Assembly: GCF_030028105.1 (NCBI RefSeq)
Contig: NC_092398.1
Location: 21,090,254-21,154,253 of the forward strand
Direction of reading: 5' to 3'
Length of the DNA stretch: 64,000 nt
Source: Mobula birostris
Taxonomy: Eukaryota
Made by a program: the position numbers and the translations under genes. Shown piece by piece: positions 11,525 to 24,498 of this stretch (position 1 is its first letter; each line of letters opens with the position of its first letter). The notes below the pieces were generated by a model that made no database searches, had not been told where the DNA came from, and worked only from the letters and a program-made list of their open reading frames with translations.

Positions 11525-11858
11525 TCAAAAAGGTGGCATCCATCATTAAGGACCCCCATCACCCAGGCCGTGCCTTGTTCTCATTGATACCATCGGGAAG
11601 GAGGTACAGAAGCCTGAAGTCACGCACTCAATGATTCAGGAACAGCTTCTTCCCATCTGCCATCAGATCTCTGAATAGGCATTGAACCCAGGAACGCGAC
11701 CTCACTGCTTTTTTTATTTCTATTTTTGCACTACTTATTGAATTTAACTATTATATATATACTTGCTGTAATTCAGTTTTTTCTCTATTGTTTGTATTGC
11801 AATGCATTGTACACAGTCAATAAATTTCACAACATATGCCAGAGATTCTGATTCTGGT
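11525..11858 (+). mobile_element. Rex1/Babar-type LINE 3' end (also about 26845-27178, 45705-46038, 63585-63913)
   Basis: Translates to KVASIIKDPHHPGRALFSLIPSGRRYRSLK...FRNSFFPSAIRSLN, followed by an AT-rich UTR, AATAAA and an (ATTCTG)n tail. Confidence 0.75.
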
Positions 11859-12724
11859 TCAATACAATACCTTGGGATTCTCTTTTATCCCACTCACCAA
11901 GGAGACTTTTGGCCACCTTCTTGAGTTCTATCCTGCATACATTTGTCTCTCATCCTCACTGAGGGGTCGTTCTCTGATAACTGCTGCGGGATTGGACCCA
12001 GGGATCCACTGTCAAGCCTGTGTGGGGTGCCTTCAGTTTAAACATCTGCTGTTGCAGAACCGGTTATGGACAGCAGGGGGAGACATTGTAGAGGGATAAT
12101 CTGTGCCGAGCAACCTGCTGAAATCAGCTGAATCCTTTCTGTACGTGACCCATATCCCACCACTCCCTGTATGATCATTTGTCTATGTACGCTCAGTGAA
12201 CACTTTATTCAGTCCCTCCTGTACTGAATAAACCAGCCACTGGAAGAGTTTAATCTGCGCTGTAACTCAATAAATTAATTAATTAAACAGTCCGGTGCAT
12301 CCACTCCCACCACCACCCATGGCAGCCCGGCACATCCCCTTTAAACTTTCCTTCGTCTCCCCTTCAAACGAAGCCCTCCTCACGGGGGTGGGGGGGCAGT
12401 AGGAGAAACTGATCATCACTGCCCATCCCATCCCTGCCCTCATCATTTTATAAACTTCCGGTAAGGTCTCCCCTCAGCCCCCAGAGAAAACGATCCAGTT
12501 CTGTTTGCCCTCCCCATTCAGCTCAATCTCTACCGACCCCTGGAGTTGCTGCAAGCTTTTCCTTGTAAACCAGGAGACCCCACCCTTTTCTATACCATGG
12601 TCCGATTAAGCAAGGGGTCTCCCCGGACCCCAGGGTGGGAAACGCTGGTGTAAACACAAGAGATGCTCCAGCTGTTGCTGACTCTTCCAGAGCAACACAC
12701 ACAGAATGTTGGAGGAACTATTGT

Positions 12725-13088
12725 TCGCTCATTATGCGCCACGTCGTCTGGCGTAGGCAATCGCGGCCTTCGATCAAGATTGTTCTTGGCAAATTTTTCT
12801 GCAGAAGTGGTTTGCCATTGCTATCTTCTTGGACGTGTCTTTACAAGACACGAGACCCCAGCCATTGTCAATACTCTTCAGAGATTGTCTGCCTGGCGTC
12901 AGTGGTCGCATAACCAGGACTTGTGATATGCATCAGCTGCTCGTCTGACCATCCACCACCTGCTCCCACGGCTTCACGTGACCCTGATCGGAGGGTCTAC
13001 ACCTTGCCCAAGGGTGACCTGCAGGTGAGTGGAGGAAAGGAGCACATTACATCTCCTTTGGTAGAGACGTATCTGCACCCCACCACCT
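12725..13088 (-). mobile_element. SINE-like element with RTE-type tail (also about 28792-29153; truncated 47220-47450)
   Basis: Minus strand has GCAATGGCAAACCACTTCTG, the motif typical of RTE/BovB-mobilised SINE 3' ends. Confidence 0.45.
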
Positions 13089-13194
13089 TAGAAACTATGG
13101 AAAGAGATAAGCAGTCACATTTATTCATTTCCATATTTGAATAAGCATACCTATTTACTCATTGTGTTAATTATGTTTAATAATTTTATTTTTA

Positions 13195-13300
13195 ATGAAT
13201 AAACAGTCCTGGTGAAGGACTCGGCCCAAAAGGTCAACTGTTTATTCATCTCCACAGACGCTGCCTGACCTGCTGAGTTCCCTCATTTTGTGTCTGTTGC
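13195..13300 (+). mobile_element. Penelope-like element remnant with a decayed minimal hammerhead ribozyme (also 29260-29365, 47557-47662)
   Basis: 14-bp stem ATGAATAAACAGTC/GACTGTTTATTCAT (one mismatch in this copy) enclosing CTGGTGA..AAAA..GTC, versus the canonical core CTGANGA..GAAA..GTC. Confidence 0.55.
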
Positions 13301-14165
13301 CCCTGAAGTTTTTCGTTACACTTGTACCGCACCAGATATAGACATGAAAATACACAGGAATTGTGGTGATTTTTAATTGGAACTGTGACAGTCTTGAAAT
13401 ATTTGCAAGCAGTTTATCGAAGGCTCTCTTCTCTAGTTCACGTCAGATATAACCTCAGTTCACTCCAGCAAATGCTTTGCTGATCCACATTCCAGTGCCT
13501 GCTGCCTCTTGTGTCTTCATTCTCCCTCAAGCCAGAGAGGTGACGGAGCAACTTCAGAAACAATTGGTCAGCCCACAGCTGGAGTACAGTGTCCACTTCT
13601 GGTCTCCCCACTACAGGAAGGAGGTGACGTTGTCCGGGACAGAGGGTTTCAGTTACGAGGAGAGACCAGTGACGCAGCCTCTGTTCTCCCTGGAGCCGAG
13701 GAGGCTGTGCAAGGACCTGATGGAGGGGGCTGGGGTGGGGTGGGCGGGGTCAAAAAATCACGGCGCGATCGAGCTGTCATATCTGGTCGCCGTGGCAATG
13801 AGGAAGCCGGGCCCAAGAGACAGTGAACCAACTTGGCCTGGACTCACTCAGAGGGTCCTTTGAGCTGGGGCAAGTTTTTTTTGATAGGACGCTATCTGGC
13901 GACTGCGGGGAAAAATTCAGTTAGTTGCTCAGGGGATGAACAGATCACTGGCAAATAGGTGGTTGGGGAGGTGGGGATCAGTGGTTGGCTATCAGCCGAG
14001 GATTCTGGTTCACTAGGCCTTGTAGGACTGGAACAATGGTAGGCCAAGTGGGGGAGGGAATGGGTGCGTTAATGGCGGGAGATGACAGAGGGCAATATGG
14101 AGTATAGGGTACCAATAACAGGACAGAGCGAGGAGCCTGCACTGGGGGGACCAGAGGGAGAGTCC

Positions 14166-15203
14166 TCACACACTGGCAACCGTCCTGGAGATGGTCTTGA
14201 TGCGAGTGCTGCAGGCTGACTCTGTCGGCTCCTCAGCAAAGGCCAAACGGAGCGAGCTGGACAGGGAGCGCCGGAAGACCTGGCGGAAGTCACGGCCAGC
14301 GAAGACATAGAGGATGGGGTTCAGGGCGCTGTTGAAGGAGGCTAGGCCCACGGACAATGTATCCCAGATGAAGGCCACTTGAAGGTTGAAGAAAGCCTGA
14401 GCTAGGCCGCAGATGTGGTATGGGAGCCAGCAGATGAAAAAGGCGGCAACTACAAATGCAATGAGGCGGATAGGCTTCCTGGTCTTGCTGGACTTGGCGA
14501 ACTTGCCCCTCTGCAGCTTCTGGCCGATCAGGAGGTAGCAGGATGCCATGATGAGGAAGGGGAAGATGAAGGCAAAGAGGGCCCGTGTCACCTCCACCAC
14601 CTCCCTGGTCCGGTCTCCAAAATATGTCCCGGTGTAGTTAATGGTGCAGAAAATTAAGCCGAACTCAGAACCTATGTATACCTGCCGTGTCAGCAGAGTG
14701 GGCAGGCACATGAGGAAGGCGAGGCCCCAGGCCCCAAGGCAGGCCGCACGCACCCAAGGCAGGGACCGGTGAGTCTGGGACCAGATGGGTCTAGTGACGG
14801 CCAGGCAGCGGTCGATGCTGATCATGGTCAATAGGAAGACACTGGCGTACATGTTGAGGACAATGGCTGAGGGAAGGAGCTTACAGAGGACATTGTCTCT
14901 CGGCCAGGTGTTTACCAAGGCAACTTTAGCCATCTGAAAGGAGAGGGTGAAGCAGTAGGTCAGATCTGCCACAGCCAGGTTCAGGAACCACACCGTGTTG
15001 ACACTCCGTTTCATCTTGAAGCCTGTCACCCAGATGACAGCACCGTTGCCAGGGACCCCCAACAGGAAAGTGAGCGTGTAGACAAAGATGGACAAAATGG
15101 AGGATGCTGGCAGATGGGTCCTATAATCCACAGGTAAGTTCTCATAGGAGTAGTTTTCAAAGGGAGTTGTGTTGAAAAAGTAATAATCTCCAGAATAGTC
15201 CAT
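14166..15203 (-). CDS. C3a/C5a receptor-like GPCR, copy 2 (subtype A), 345 aa
   Basis: Intact ORF differing from copy 1 at 3 aa (GVPGN vs GVLGN; YCFTLSF vs YCLTLPF). Confidence 0.92.
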   Translation of the reverse strand: MDYSGDYYFFNTTPFENYSYENLPVDYRTHLPASSILSIFVYTLTFLLGVPGNGAVIWVTGFKMKRSVNTVWFLNLAVADLTYCFTLSFQMAKVALVNTWPRDNVLCKLLPSAIVLNMYASVFLLTMISIDRCLAVTRPIWSQTHRSLPWVRAACLGAWGLAFLMCLPTLLTRQVYIGSEFGLIFCTINYTGTYFGDRTREVVEVTRALFAFIFPFLIMASCYLLIGQKLQRGKFAKSSKTRKPIRLIAFVVAAFFICWLPYHICGLAQAFFNLQVAFIWDTLSVGLASFNSALNPILYVFAGRDFRQVFRRSLSSSLRLAFAEEPTESACSTRIKTISRTVASV

Positions 15204-15211
15204 GCTGAGCT

Positions 15212-17205
15212 GGAAGAGAAGATATTGTGGAGGTGAGAGAGGTTGGGAGTGGAGGGAGGGGACAAGAAGAGAGATGGGTGAGGGAAAGAAGAGGGAAGGA
15301 GAGAGATGGGTGAGGGGAAAAAGGAGGCAGGGAGAGATAGGGAGGGAAAAGAGGGAAGATAGGGTAAAAAAGAGAGCTTCATGGGAGAGGAGAGGTAGGT
15401 AAAGATGATGGAGGCCAAAAGGGGAGTGAAGGGAGAAGGGGAGGGGGAGTGGAATGAACAACAGAGGAGGAACTGAAATGGCTGGATGAGGAGGTGCGAA
15501 GGGAGGATGTGAAGGGAAGAGAGGTGGATGGGTAAGAGGAGGATGGTGGGGCAGAGGAGACAGGGAAGGGAGGACAGGTGAAGATTTGTGAAGATGATGG
15601 AGGATGAGGAATGAGGACAGATGAGGGAAGGAAAGAGGAGAGAAATGGGAGAGGGAAGGAGTAGACAAGGTGAGGGGAGGAGGGGAGGGAAGTGGAAGAT
15701 GGAGGGGGAGGGGGAAGAGGGAAGGGGAGGGGAAATGGGAAGGAGAGAAGGATGAGGGAAGGGGAGGGTGAAGGAGATGGGGATGATGAAAAAGAAAGAG
15801 GGGAGGAGGGGAAGGGAAGAGGAGGAAGAGGAAGAGGAGAAAGGGGAGGGGGTGGGGAGGACATGAGAGGAAGGGGTGGAGGAGAAAGGGAAGGGGAGGA
15901 GGAGGTGGGAATGGAAGGGGAGGAGGAGGAGGGAAGAGGTGGAGGAGGGAGGGTGAGGAAGAGGGAGGAAGAAGAAGAGTGAGGGGAAAAAGGAAGAGGG
16001 AGGGGAAGGAGGAAGATGGAATGGGAGGAGGAGGAGGGGGTGCAAGGAAGTGCAGAGTACAGGGAGGAGGAGGGTGGAAAGGGAGGAGGTGAAGGAAGAA
16101 AGAGTGGAGGAAGAGAAGGGCAGAAATGGGAAGGGCTAGAAGGGGAGGGAAGAAGAGGAAGAGGGAAGGGGTAGGTGAACAGGAAGGAAGGGGAGGGTGA
16201 ACAGGACTGGGAGTTGTAGGGAACGGAAGGAAGGGAGGATAAAAGAGGGAGTGGAAGAAGAGAGTGGGAGGAAGAGGAGGAAGGGGAAGGAAGAGGAGTG
16301 AAGGGGAGGAGAAGAGAAGGGGAGGAGGAAGGAAGGGGAGGAGGAAGGAAGGGGAGGGGAGAGGGAGGGAAGGGGAGGAGGAGGGAATGGGAGGGGGAGG
16401 AGGAGGGATGGGGAGGGGGAGGGGGAAGAAGAGTTAAGCTGGAAGCATTGAGTAGGAGACGGAAATTGAGGGGTGAAGCTAAAGGGAAGCAGTGAAGGGG
16501 TAGAGATGGGGTGTGGTGAAGGGAGGTTGCAGTAAGTGTCAGGGACAAGCAAAGAGAAGCAGGGACAGAGGATGTGAGGTGGAGCGGGGAAAGGTTTGAA
16601 TGCAGGAATGATGGAAAGAATAAGGAGGGAAATGGGGAAGGTGAGTGACAAAGGGTGGAGGGGGTAGGGGAAGAGATGGAGAGGTGGGAAAAACAAAAAA
16701 GGGTGGGGTGAAGGTTTGAAGGGGGTGGGAAGGAGACAGATCCTAGGTGGAGTTATGGAGAACATAGGCCAAGGACAACAGAGGGGGCGGGGTGAAACGG
16801 GAGGGAAAAGGTGGGGTGGAAGAGGGGATCGGAGGGGGATGGAGAGAAGAAGAGAACTGGGAAGAGAAAGAGGGAGAGAGAAAAGGGGAAAGACAGGGGG
16901 AAGGAGGAAGAAAATGGGAAGAGAGAGGGAAGAAGGGGATGAGGAAGAGCTGGGAAGAGGGGAGAAGAGCGAGGAAGGAGAGGTGGGAAAGGGAGGGAAA
17001 TGTGGGGGGAAAGGGAAAGGGGGAGAGGGAGGAATATGAGAGAGGAAGAGGGGGAGGGGAGCGAGGATGTCGAGTGCAGAAGGAACAGGGAGGGGAGGGG
17101 AATGGGAGTGAGCAGGGAGAGAGATGGGGATTGAACAAGGGAAAGGGGTGAAGGTGGAAAAGAAGGGTAAGGGAAGATTAAGGGGAAAAGACAGAGAGGA
17201 TGGAG
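15212..17205. repeat. GA-rich low-complexity tract, unit 2
   Basis: As in unit 1. Confidence 0.95.
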
Positions 17206-17551
17206 GTCACAACCATCTCCCCCCTCACTGCCCCTCCTGCACCACGACGCTCACTCCTCACCAGCCCGCACATGGCGCATTGGCTCTCCTCGCTGTCAGC
17301 CCCCTCCAGCCCCACAGCAGAGACGGGAAATGGACGGGGAAGGGGAAGAAAGTGGTCTTCAGCGTGACGCTCCCTCCTCACCTCCTCACCCTCAGTACGG
17401 CACTCCCTCCTCACCGAAATGAACGCAGTGCGCTCCTCCATCCTCCCCTCCCCACACCCACCCCCCCGCACCCTCCCCACCATTCATCATCCGCTGCCGG
17501 CCCCTAGGAACCCCAGCTCCGGCATCCCTTCCTGGGACCCCACCAACTCAC

Positions 17552-17940
17552 CTTGGAGCCTGCTCCCCCTCTCGATGAAGTTCAGCCTCCCCGTAATCTC
17601 CGGCTCACTCCGTCCCCCGGGCAGCAGAGAGTTTACCCAGATCCCAAACCGTTGCGACCACCGCAACCAATCCTGGACATGAACCGTGCAGAAACGATCG
17701 GAATCGCTGTCCTCCGCCCCCGGGAGAGCAGGGAAGGTGGAACAGGACACTGGTGCGGGAGAGGTCCGGAGAGCGGGGTGGGTCCCGTCTGAGGCTGACA
17801 AACACATCGTTATGATTTCGTCACATTCTTTAATCTCTGGTGTCCGGTTTATCAGCTCAGTTCCTCAAACTGAACTCAGCTGCGGACCGCAAGGCATTGA
17901 AGACAAATCACAGCAGTTCCTGAATGAGACAAAGTGTAAA
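17552..17940 (-). promoter_or_regulatory. Putative 5' non-coding exon and promoter, copy 2
   Basis: Same AAG|GTGAGT donor (intron 15210-17551) and motif cluster. Confidence 0.55.
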
Positions 17941-17941
17941 T

Positions 17942-19036
17942 CTCCCATCACATATTCCTGCGGTGAAGCACAGAGTGAAGCTCCCCACCCCGTCCCATCA
18001 CACTCTCCCGTGGTCAGATACAGAGTGAAGCTCCCTCCACACCCTCCCATCACACACTCCAGGGGTCAGACACAGAGTGAAGCTCCCTCCACACCCTCCC
18101 ATCACACACTCCAGGGGTCAGACACAGAGTGAAGCTCCCTCTGTACCATCCCATCACACACTTCTGGGGCCAGACACAGAGTGAAGCTCCCTCCGTACCG
18201 TCCCATCACACACTTCTGGGGTCAGACACAGTGCGAAGCTCCCTCCACTTCGTCCCATCACACACCCCCTGGGTCAGACACAGAGTGAAGCTCACTCCAC
18301 ACCATCCCATCACACACCCCCCGGGTCAGACACAGAGTGAAGCTCCCCCACACCATCCCATCACACATTTCCGGGGTCAGACACAGAGTGAAGCTCCCTC
18401 CACACCCTCCCAACACACACTCCAGGGGTCAGACACAGAGTGAAGCTCCCTCTGTACCGTCCCATCACACACTTCTGGGGTCAGACACAGAGTGAAGCTC
18501 CCTCCACACCGTCCCATCACACACTCCTTGGATCAGACACCGTATTAATTTCCCTGTTCACCATCACACCACTCATTCCCAGGGTCAAACATAGAGTGAA
18601 ACCTCCTCCACAGCGTCCCATCACACACATCTGGGATCAGACACAGAGTGAAGCTCCCTCCACACTGTCCCATCACACACATCTGGGGTCAGACACAGAG
18701 TGAAGCTCCCTCCACACCGTCCCATTACACTCTCCCAGGGTCAGACACAGAGTGAAGCTCCCTCTGCACTGTCCCATCACACACATCTGGGGTCAGACAC
18801 AGAGTGAAACCTCCTCCACACCATCCCATCACACACTCCCGGGGTCAGACACAGAGTGAAGCTCCCTCCACCCTGTATATCACACACTCCCGAGGTCAGA
18901 CACACATTAAAGCTCCCTTTGCCCTCTCCCAGGGTCAGAAACTGAGTGAAACTCCCTCTGCACGTCTGATCACACACTCCCAGGGTCAGACACAGAGTGA
19001 AGCTCCCTGCACACCATCCCATCACACACTCCCGGT
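17942..19036. repeat. 52-bp minisatellite, about 21 units
   Basis: Anchors 17975 to 18997. Confidence 0.95.
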
Positions 19037-22000
19037 GTGGAGCTGGAAGATTAAGTCAGTAGGGTGGAGTGGGGGAGGTTGGTGGTGTGGTAGATATTGA
19101 CAGCCATCAGTCATGAGATACTGCCTGTTTGGCTCAGCTGGGGTCCACCGTTGTGAGTTGTGGTTGTGCACAAGAACTTCGGTTGTTGGAAGAGAGGCCG
19201 ATCCCTCTGGGAGCAGAGGAACTCCTGCTGTACTGTTGGGTCGGTGGCAAGAGGTGTCTGTGGAACTGTGAGGCACAAAGGAGCAAAGACTGTGACACTC
19301 CTATCATGAACACTTGCTGAACTCCCGCCCTTTCCCAGTTCCCTGCATGTAGAAAAGACAGGCAATACCTTGGACATTTTATTTCAAAAGTCTGGGCACT
19401 CCACAGTTGACGTCGATGAGGAGATCTTCTCCCAATCTCAGGACCCACACAGGAGATCATCACTATCTTTGCCCCTACCCCCCACCCCATGCATCTCCCC
19501 TTTCCTGGGCCGTGGGCTTGTTTTCAAAGCAATCGTTTGTCTTTTTTGCCTGCAAAGCACTCCTGACGTCTGCTTTCATTTTAGTGGTACAGTGTTTGTG
19601 GCAAACAATATTCATAAGACTATGTTTATATTAGGATATAGGATAAAGATGAAATAAATAAAATATATATTCAAAAAATTCAAAGTGCATTTATTATGAA
19701 AAGATGTATAAATTATACAACCTTGAAATTTGCCTACTTCCAGACAGCCCCAAAGCAAGGAACCCAAAAGAACCCTTTAAAATATAAAGACCAACCCCCA
19801 ATGGACATAGAAAGAAGTGTTGTGGGCGGAGGAACCTTGCAAACAATGGAAGTGAGCATTCCAAAACAGATTGAAACCTTGGATCTATGACGGGATCCTG
19901 AGTTACCCCTATGAACTGTGCTCGATCACCCCTATGAACTCTGCTTTTGAAAAGAGAGAGAGAGAGCTATTTAACACCAACATCTTGTTTTTAAGAGAGA
20001 GAGAGAGAGAGACGAAGACTGCTCACAGTTTGTTTATACTTTCCCAAGGACATCGCCTGCTTGTACGTTCTTACAGACAGAGAAGGGAGGAGCTGTTATT
20101 TGAGAGATATTTGGTACTCAGTACGGAGAGATAAATAGAAGGTCAGATGATAGACCAGAGAGACATGGTTTTGGACACTGAATGAGCTTTGTTGTGCCCA
20201 CAGAAAAAGTGGGTTTTAGAAGATCGTTTAGGTGGATTGATCAGTGGCTCTCTCAGTGTGGAGAAGGTGTGACCGGTGGGGAGGTATTTGTGTGGCCAAC
20301 CCTCACCTGTGTTGATTGCTCCACCACAGAAGAACGGTCTCCTTTGTTGTGGTCACAGACGGTAACATTTAAAGAATTTTGGAGGACAATGGGAAGATCA
20401 ATGGCGTCAGCTCACTTGAAGACTCGAATCTCTCCCTCTCTCTCTCTCCATCACTACTCAACTCAATACAACGAACTGAACTGAACTTTACTCATCATCG
20501 TAAGACTGTATCTATTTACCCCTAGACTTGAAGAAGCTTGGTTTTCATATATTTCCACATTTACTGATATACTTATTTACATATAATCAATGGTAATCTG
20601 TTTGATTTATCTGCATTTATTTTACTGTATTGCGTAGTTACTAATAAATACCACTAGTTAATAGCAATACTGGACTCCAAGGTGTTTTCCATTTCTGCTG
20701 GTTCTTTAAACCCGTCACGGGGTACGTGACCGTTGCCAACCACGGCTGATGAGCCCCATCTTCCCAAAGCAGGTAATGACGGAAAGTGAAACTCCAGTCA
20801 ACAGTTTATTGTTGCCTTTGTGTTTAACAAGTACAATCCACCCCTATGGAGTGAGAGGTGAAGAGAAATCCATTCTCCAGGTGACCCGTTGTGTTGAATT
20901 AGACCATAAAATCATAAGATGCAGGAGCAGAATTAGGCCATTTGAGTCTTCTCAGCCATTCCATCATGGCTGATTTATTATCCCTTCCCATAGTGGACAC
21001 TGTGTGCATATATATAGATATTTTTGATGTATTTATTTATTTTTTGGGGGTTTGGCACGGAACAGACCCTTCCAACCCTTCGAGCTGCGCCGCCCAGCAA
21101 TCCCCTGGTTTAACCCCAGCCTAATCACAAAACAATTTATAATGACCAAACTAAGCTGCTAACTCGCTTATTTGCTTCCCCCCTCCCTCCCACTCCCCAT
21201 TCTCCCCTCTCCCATCCCTCTTCTCTCACATCTCCCTCCCTCTCTCCCTGTCTCCTCCCTCTCCCCCTTCTCTCCATCCCTCCCTTTTCCTCTCCCTCCC
21301 TCCACCTCCACTTCCTCTCACTCCCTCTTCCCCTCCTTTCCTCTCCCCGACTACCTCCCCCTCCTCCCCTCTCCCCTTCTCTCCAACCCTCTCCTTTCCT
21401 CCACTTCCTCTCACTCCCTATTCCCCTTTTTGCCTCTCCATGACTCCCTCCCTCTCCTCTCCTCTGCCCCTTCTCTCCATCCCTCCCCTTCCCTCTCCCT
21501 CCACCTTTCCCTCTCTCATTTCATCTCCCTCCTTCCCCTTCCCTCCACTTCCTCTTCCCCCCTCTCCTCTCCATTCCTCCCTCTCCCCTCCATCCCTGCA
21601 CTTCCCTTTCTCTTTACTTCCTCCACCTCTCCCTAACTCCCCCCACCCTCACAACTGGTTTCCCTGGAAGTCCTATGGGCAGTCAACTGAATGAGAGGAG
21701 GATAGCGATCCGAAGGTATTTATCTTTGGATCAAGAGGAGGGAGACGTCGGTCAGAAGAAACTACAGTCTAATCAAGGACAGGGGAAGCAGTCGGACTAG
21801 TTTTCTCTTTCCTCCCCATTTTGTGGACTCTGAACTGATTCTTGCTCTTGGACAATCTAATCAGAGCAATTGAATGTGGACACAGGGAACTTCAGGTAAA
21901 TCTGAGACCATCCTCAGATGAGAAGGCAAAATGCCAGCCCTACCAAAGAAGTGATCTATAATCTTGTTAGACACTGTCTGGGTTTCCCCATTTAATTGGT

Positions 22001-22314
22001 TTGGAACAAAAGTGAGTGAGCTGCCCCGGACTGGACACAACAAGCCCCTTCCCCAGAGGTTCTAGCTCCCCCATAAACCCCAGGAGCTAGTTTAACTCAG
22101 ATTTTAATTAATGACTATATTAATCAGTTTGGAACCACAACAAGGGCCTGTTTCTGTGTTGTCCTTTTCTAATGTTCTCTGTTGGTCTCACCGTACTCCG
22201 TGACTTTCTAAGAGAAACAATCAAACCTGGACAACTCTCCCTGTAACTAAATCCCTCAGATCCAGGCAGCATCCTGGTGAATTTCTTAACTCTCTCCAAA
22301 CCAGACGCAGATTC

Positions 22315-23888
22315 TGTAACAGTGCAACAATAATAGGGTTGCTGTGATGGGTGATTTTAACTTTCGTATTGACTAGCATCTCCTTCGAGCAAGGGGTTTA
22401 GATGGAGTGGAGTTTGTTAGGTTTGTACGGGAAGGTTTCCTGATGCAATATGTAGATATGCCAACTAGAGGAGAGGCTGTACTTGATCTAGTATTGGGAA
22501 ATGAACCTGGTCCGGTGGCAGGTCTCTCAGTGAGAGGACATTTTGGAGGTCGTGATCACAACTCTATCTCCTTTACCATGGCGCTGGAGAGGGATGGGAG
22601 CTGTAAACATTTAATTGGGGTGGGGGAAATATGATGCAGGAACTTGGGAAGATAAATTGGGAGCAGCAGTTCTCAGGGAAATGCACAGCAGAAATGTGCC
22701 AAATGTTCAGGGAACATTTACATGGCATACTGCATAGGCATGTTCCACTAAGGCAGGGAAAGAATGACAGGGTAAAACACCCAAGGTGCACAAAGGATAT
22801 GGAAAATCTAGTTGAGAAGAAAAGAAAAGCTTACAAAAGTTTCAAGAAACTAGGTACTGTTAGAGAGCTAGAAAATTACAAGAGTGCTGGGAAGGAGCTC
22901 AAGAATGAAATGAGGAGAGCAGAAGGGCCATGAAAAGGCCTTGCTGAGCAGGATTGAGGAAAACTCCAAGGCATTCTTCAAGCAAGTGAAGAGCAAGAGG
23001 ATGAGCTGTGTGAGAATAGGACCAATCAGGAGTGAGAGTGGAGACACATGCATGGAGTCAGAGGAGGAAGATGAGGAACTTGATGAATACTTTGCTTCAG
23101 TATTCACCAGTAAAAAGGACCCTGGCAATTGTGGGGATAACTTAAAGTGGACTGAAATGCTTGAGTGTGTAGATAGCAAGAATGAGTATGTGCTGGAGCT
23201 TTTGGAAGGTATTATGTTAGATAAGTCACCGGGAACAGGCGTGATATACCCAAGTCTACTGTGGGAAGCAAGGGAGGGAATTGCTTAGCCTCTGGCAATG
23301 ATCTTTGCATTATCGGTAGGGAACAAAGAAGTACCGGAGGATTGGAAGCTTGCAAACATTGTTCCCTTGTTCAAGAAGGAAGTACATATAACCCAGGAAA
23401 TTATAGACAAGTAAGTCTTACTTCAGTGGTGGGTAAGTTGTTGGAGGAGATTGAGAAGCAGTTCAATTGAGAATTTGGAGAAACATAATCTAATTTAGGA
23501 GTCAGCATGGCTTTATCAGGGACAGGTCATGCCTTACCAACCTGATTGAATTCTTTGAGGATGTAACAAAACACAGTGATGAAGGTAGAGCAGTGGATGT
23601 AATGTGTATGGATTTCAGTAAGGCATTTGATATGGTTCCCCATGCGAGGTTCATTCATAAAGTAATGAAACATGGGATCTAAGGAGATCTTGCTTTGTGG
23701 ATCCAGAATCCGATTGACCATAGAAGGCAAAGGGTGGTTGTGGATCAGCGAAATCTTGGAGTCCATGCCCCTAGGACACTCAAAGCTGCTGCGCGGGTTG
23801 ACAATGTTGTTAAGAAGGCGTATGGTATGTTGACTTTCATCAACTGTGGAATTAAGATCAACAGCCATGATGTAATGTTATATCTATA
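22315..23888 (+). mobile_element. Degenerate CR1 ORF2, unit 2 (5'-deleted paralogues 37941-38981 and 55836-56875)
   Basis: Paralogue of 9008-10907 with an internal deletion of about 330 bp. Confidence 0.88.
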
Positions 23889-24498
23889 TGTAATACCCTG
23901 GGAAAGGTTTCACTGCTAATGTAATGGTATTTCTGTAGCAGCAGTGTTTGGGTCATGGCTAGAGATAACTGGAGCTTTGGGATATACATCATCCAATGAA
24001 GGGAGTGTTTTTTTCTTGTTGTGTGCCTGAGAACAAGATGATCTGAGTCTTTTGTTCGGCGAGAGACGAAGAGTGAAGATGCCTGAAAGGAGAAGTTGTA
24101 GCCAGCAGGATGGAGTGGACTTGGAGTCGACAAAGCCCAGGGAAATCGATGGAGGACCAATGGAAGGGAAACTGTGATCTCCAACTTGAGCACATTACAC
24201 TGTCACATTAAAATGGGCCCTTTTCTTTTTGCTTTCTTTACTAACCCTTTTGTCAAATTAAGAATTATAAAGCTAAATCATTTACTTCCCATATGGTGTA
24301 CTCTCTGTTATTTCATGGTTCTGTTATTTCCGTTATTTCATGGTACTGTCATTTCATGGTAGTGTTATTTTGTAGTGTGCTGCCTGTTATTTTGTGTTAC
24401 TGACCTGTAACGGGGGACCTGATCACACAGCATCCACACAAACCAGGGGTTTTGCACCTCAGATTCCACACGCTTGGTGGGCCAGAGGCAAAGTAACA
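23889..24498. mobile_element. Solo-LTR-like element, about 610 bp (also 38982-39589, 56876-57483; only 27 bp left at 10908-10934)
   Basis: TGTAATA...GTAACA termini, non-coding, interrupts CR1; no TSD visible. Confidence 0.55.

Larger units (their letters stand above)
1..13361. repeat. Tandem segmental duplication unit 1 (about 13.4 kb; boundary anchored arbitrarily at window start)
   Basis: Anchor tgtggtgatttttaattggaactgtgacag recurs at 1, 13362, 29427 and 47724 with collinear content between. Confidence 0.95.

Noticed and set aside
13195-13249. Functional self-cleaving ribozyme
   Set aside because: Two invariant core nucleotides are substituted in all three copies, and it is antisense to the receptor mRNA.
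17552-17680. In-frame N-terminal extension of copy 2 from the upstream ATG (129 nt, phase 0)
   Set aside because: A TAA occurs at codon 16, so no fusion to the receptor ORF.
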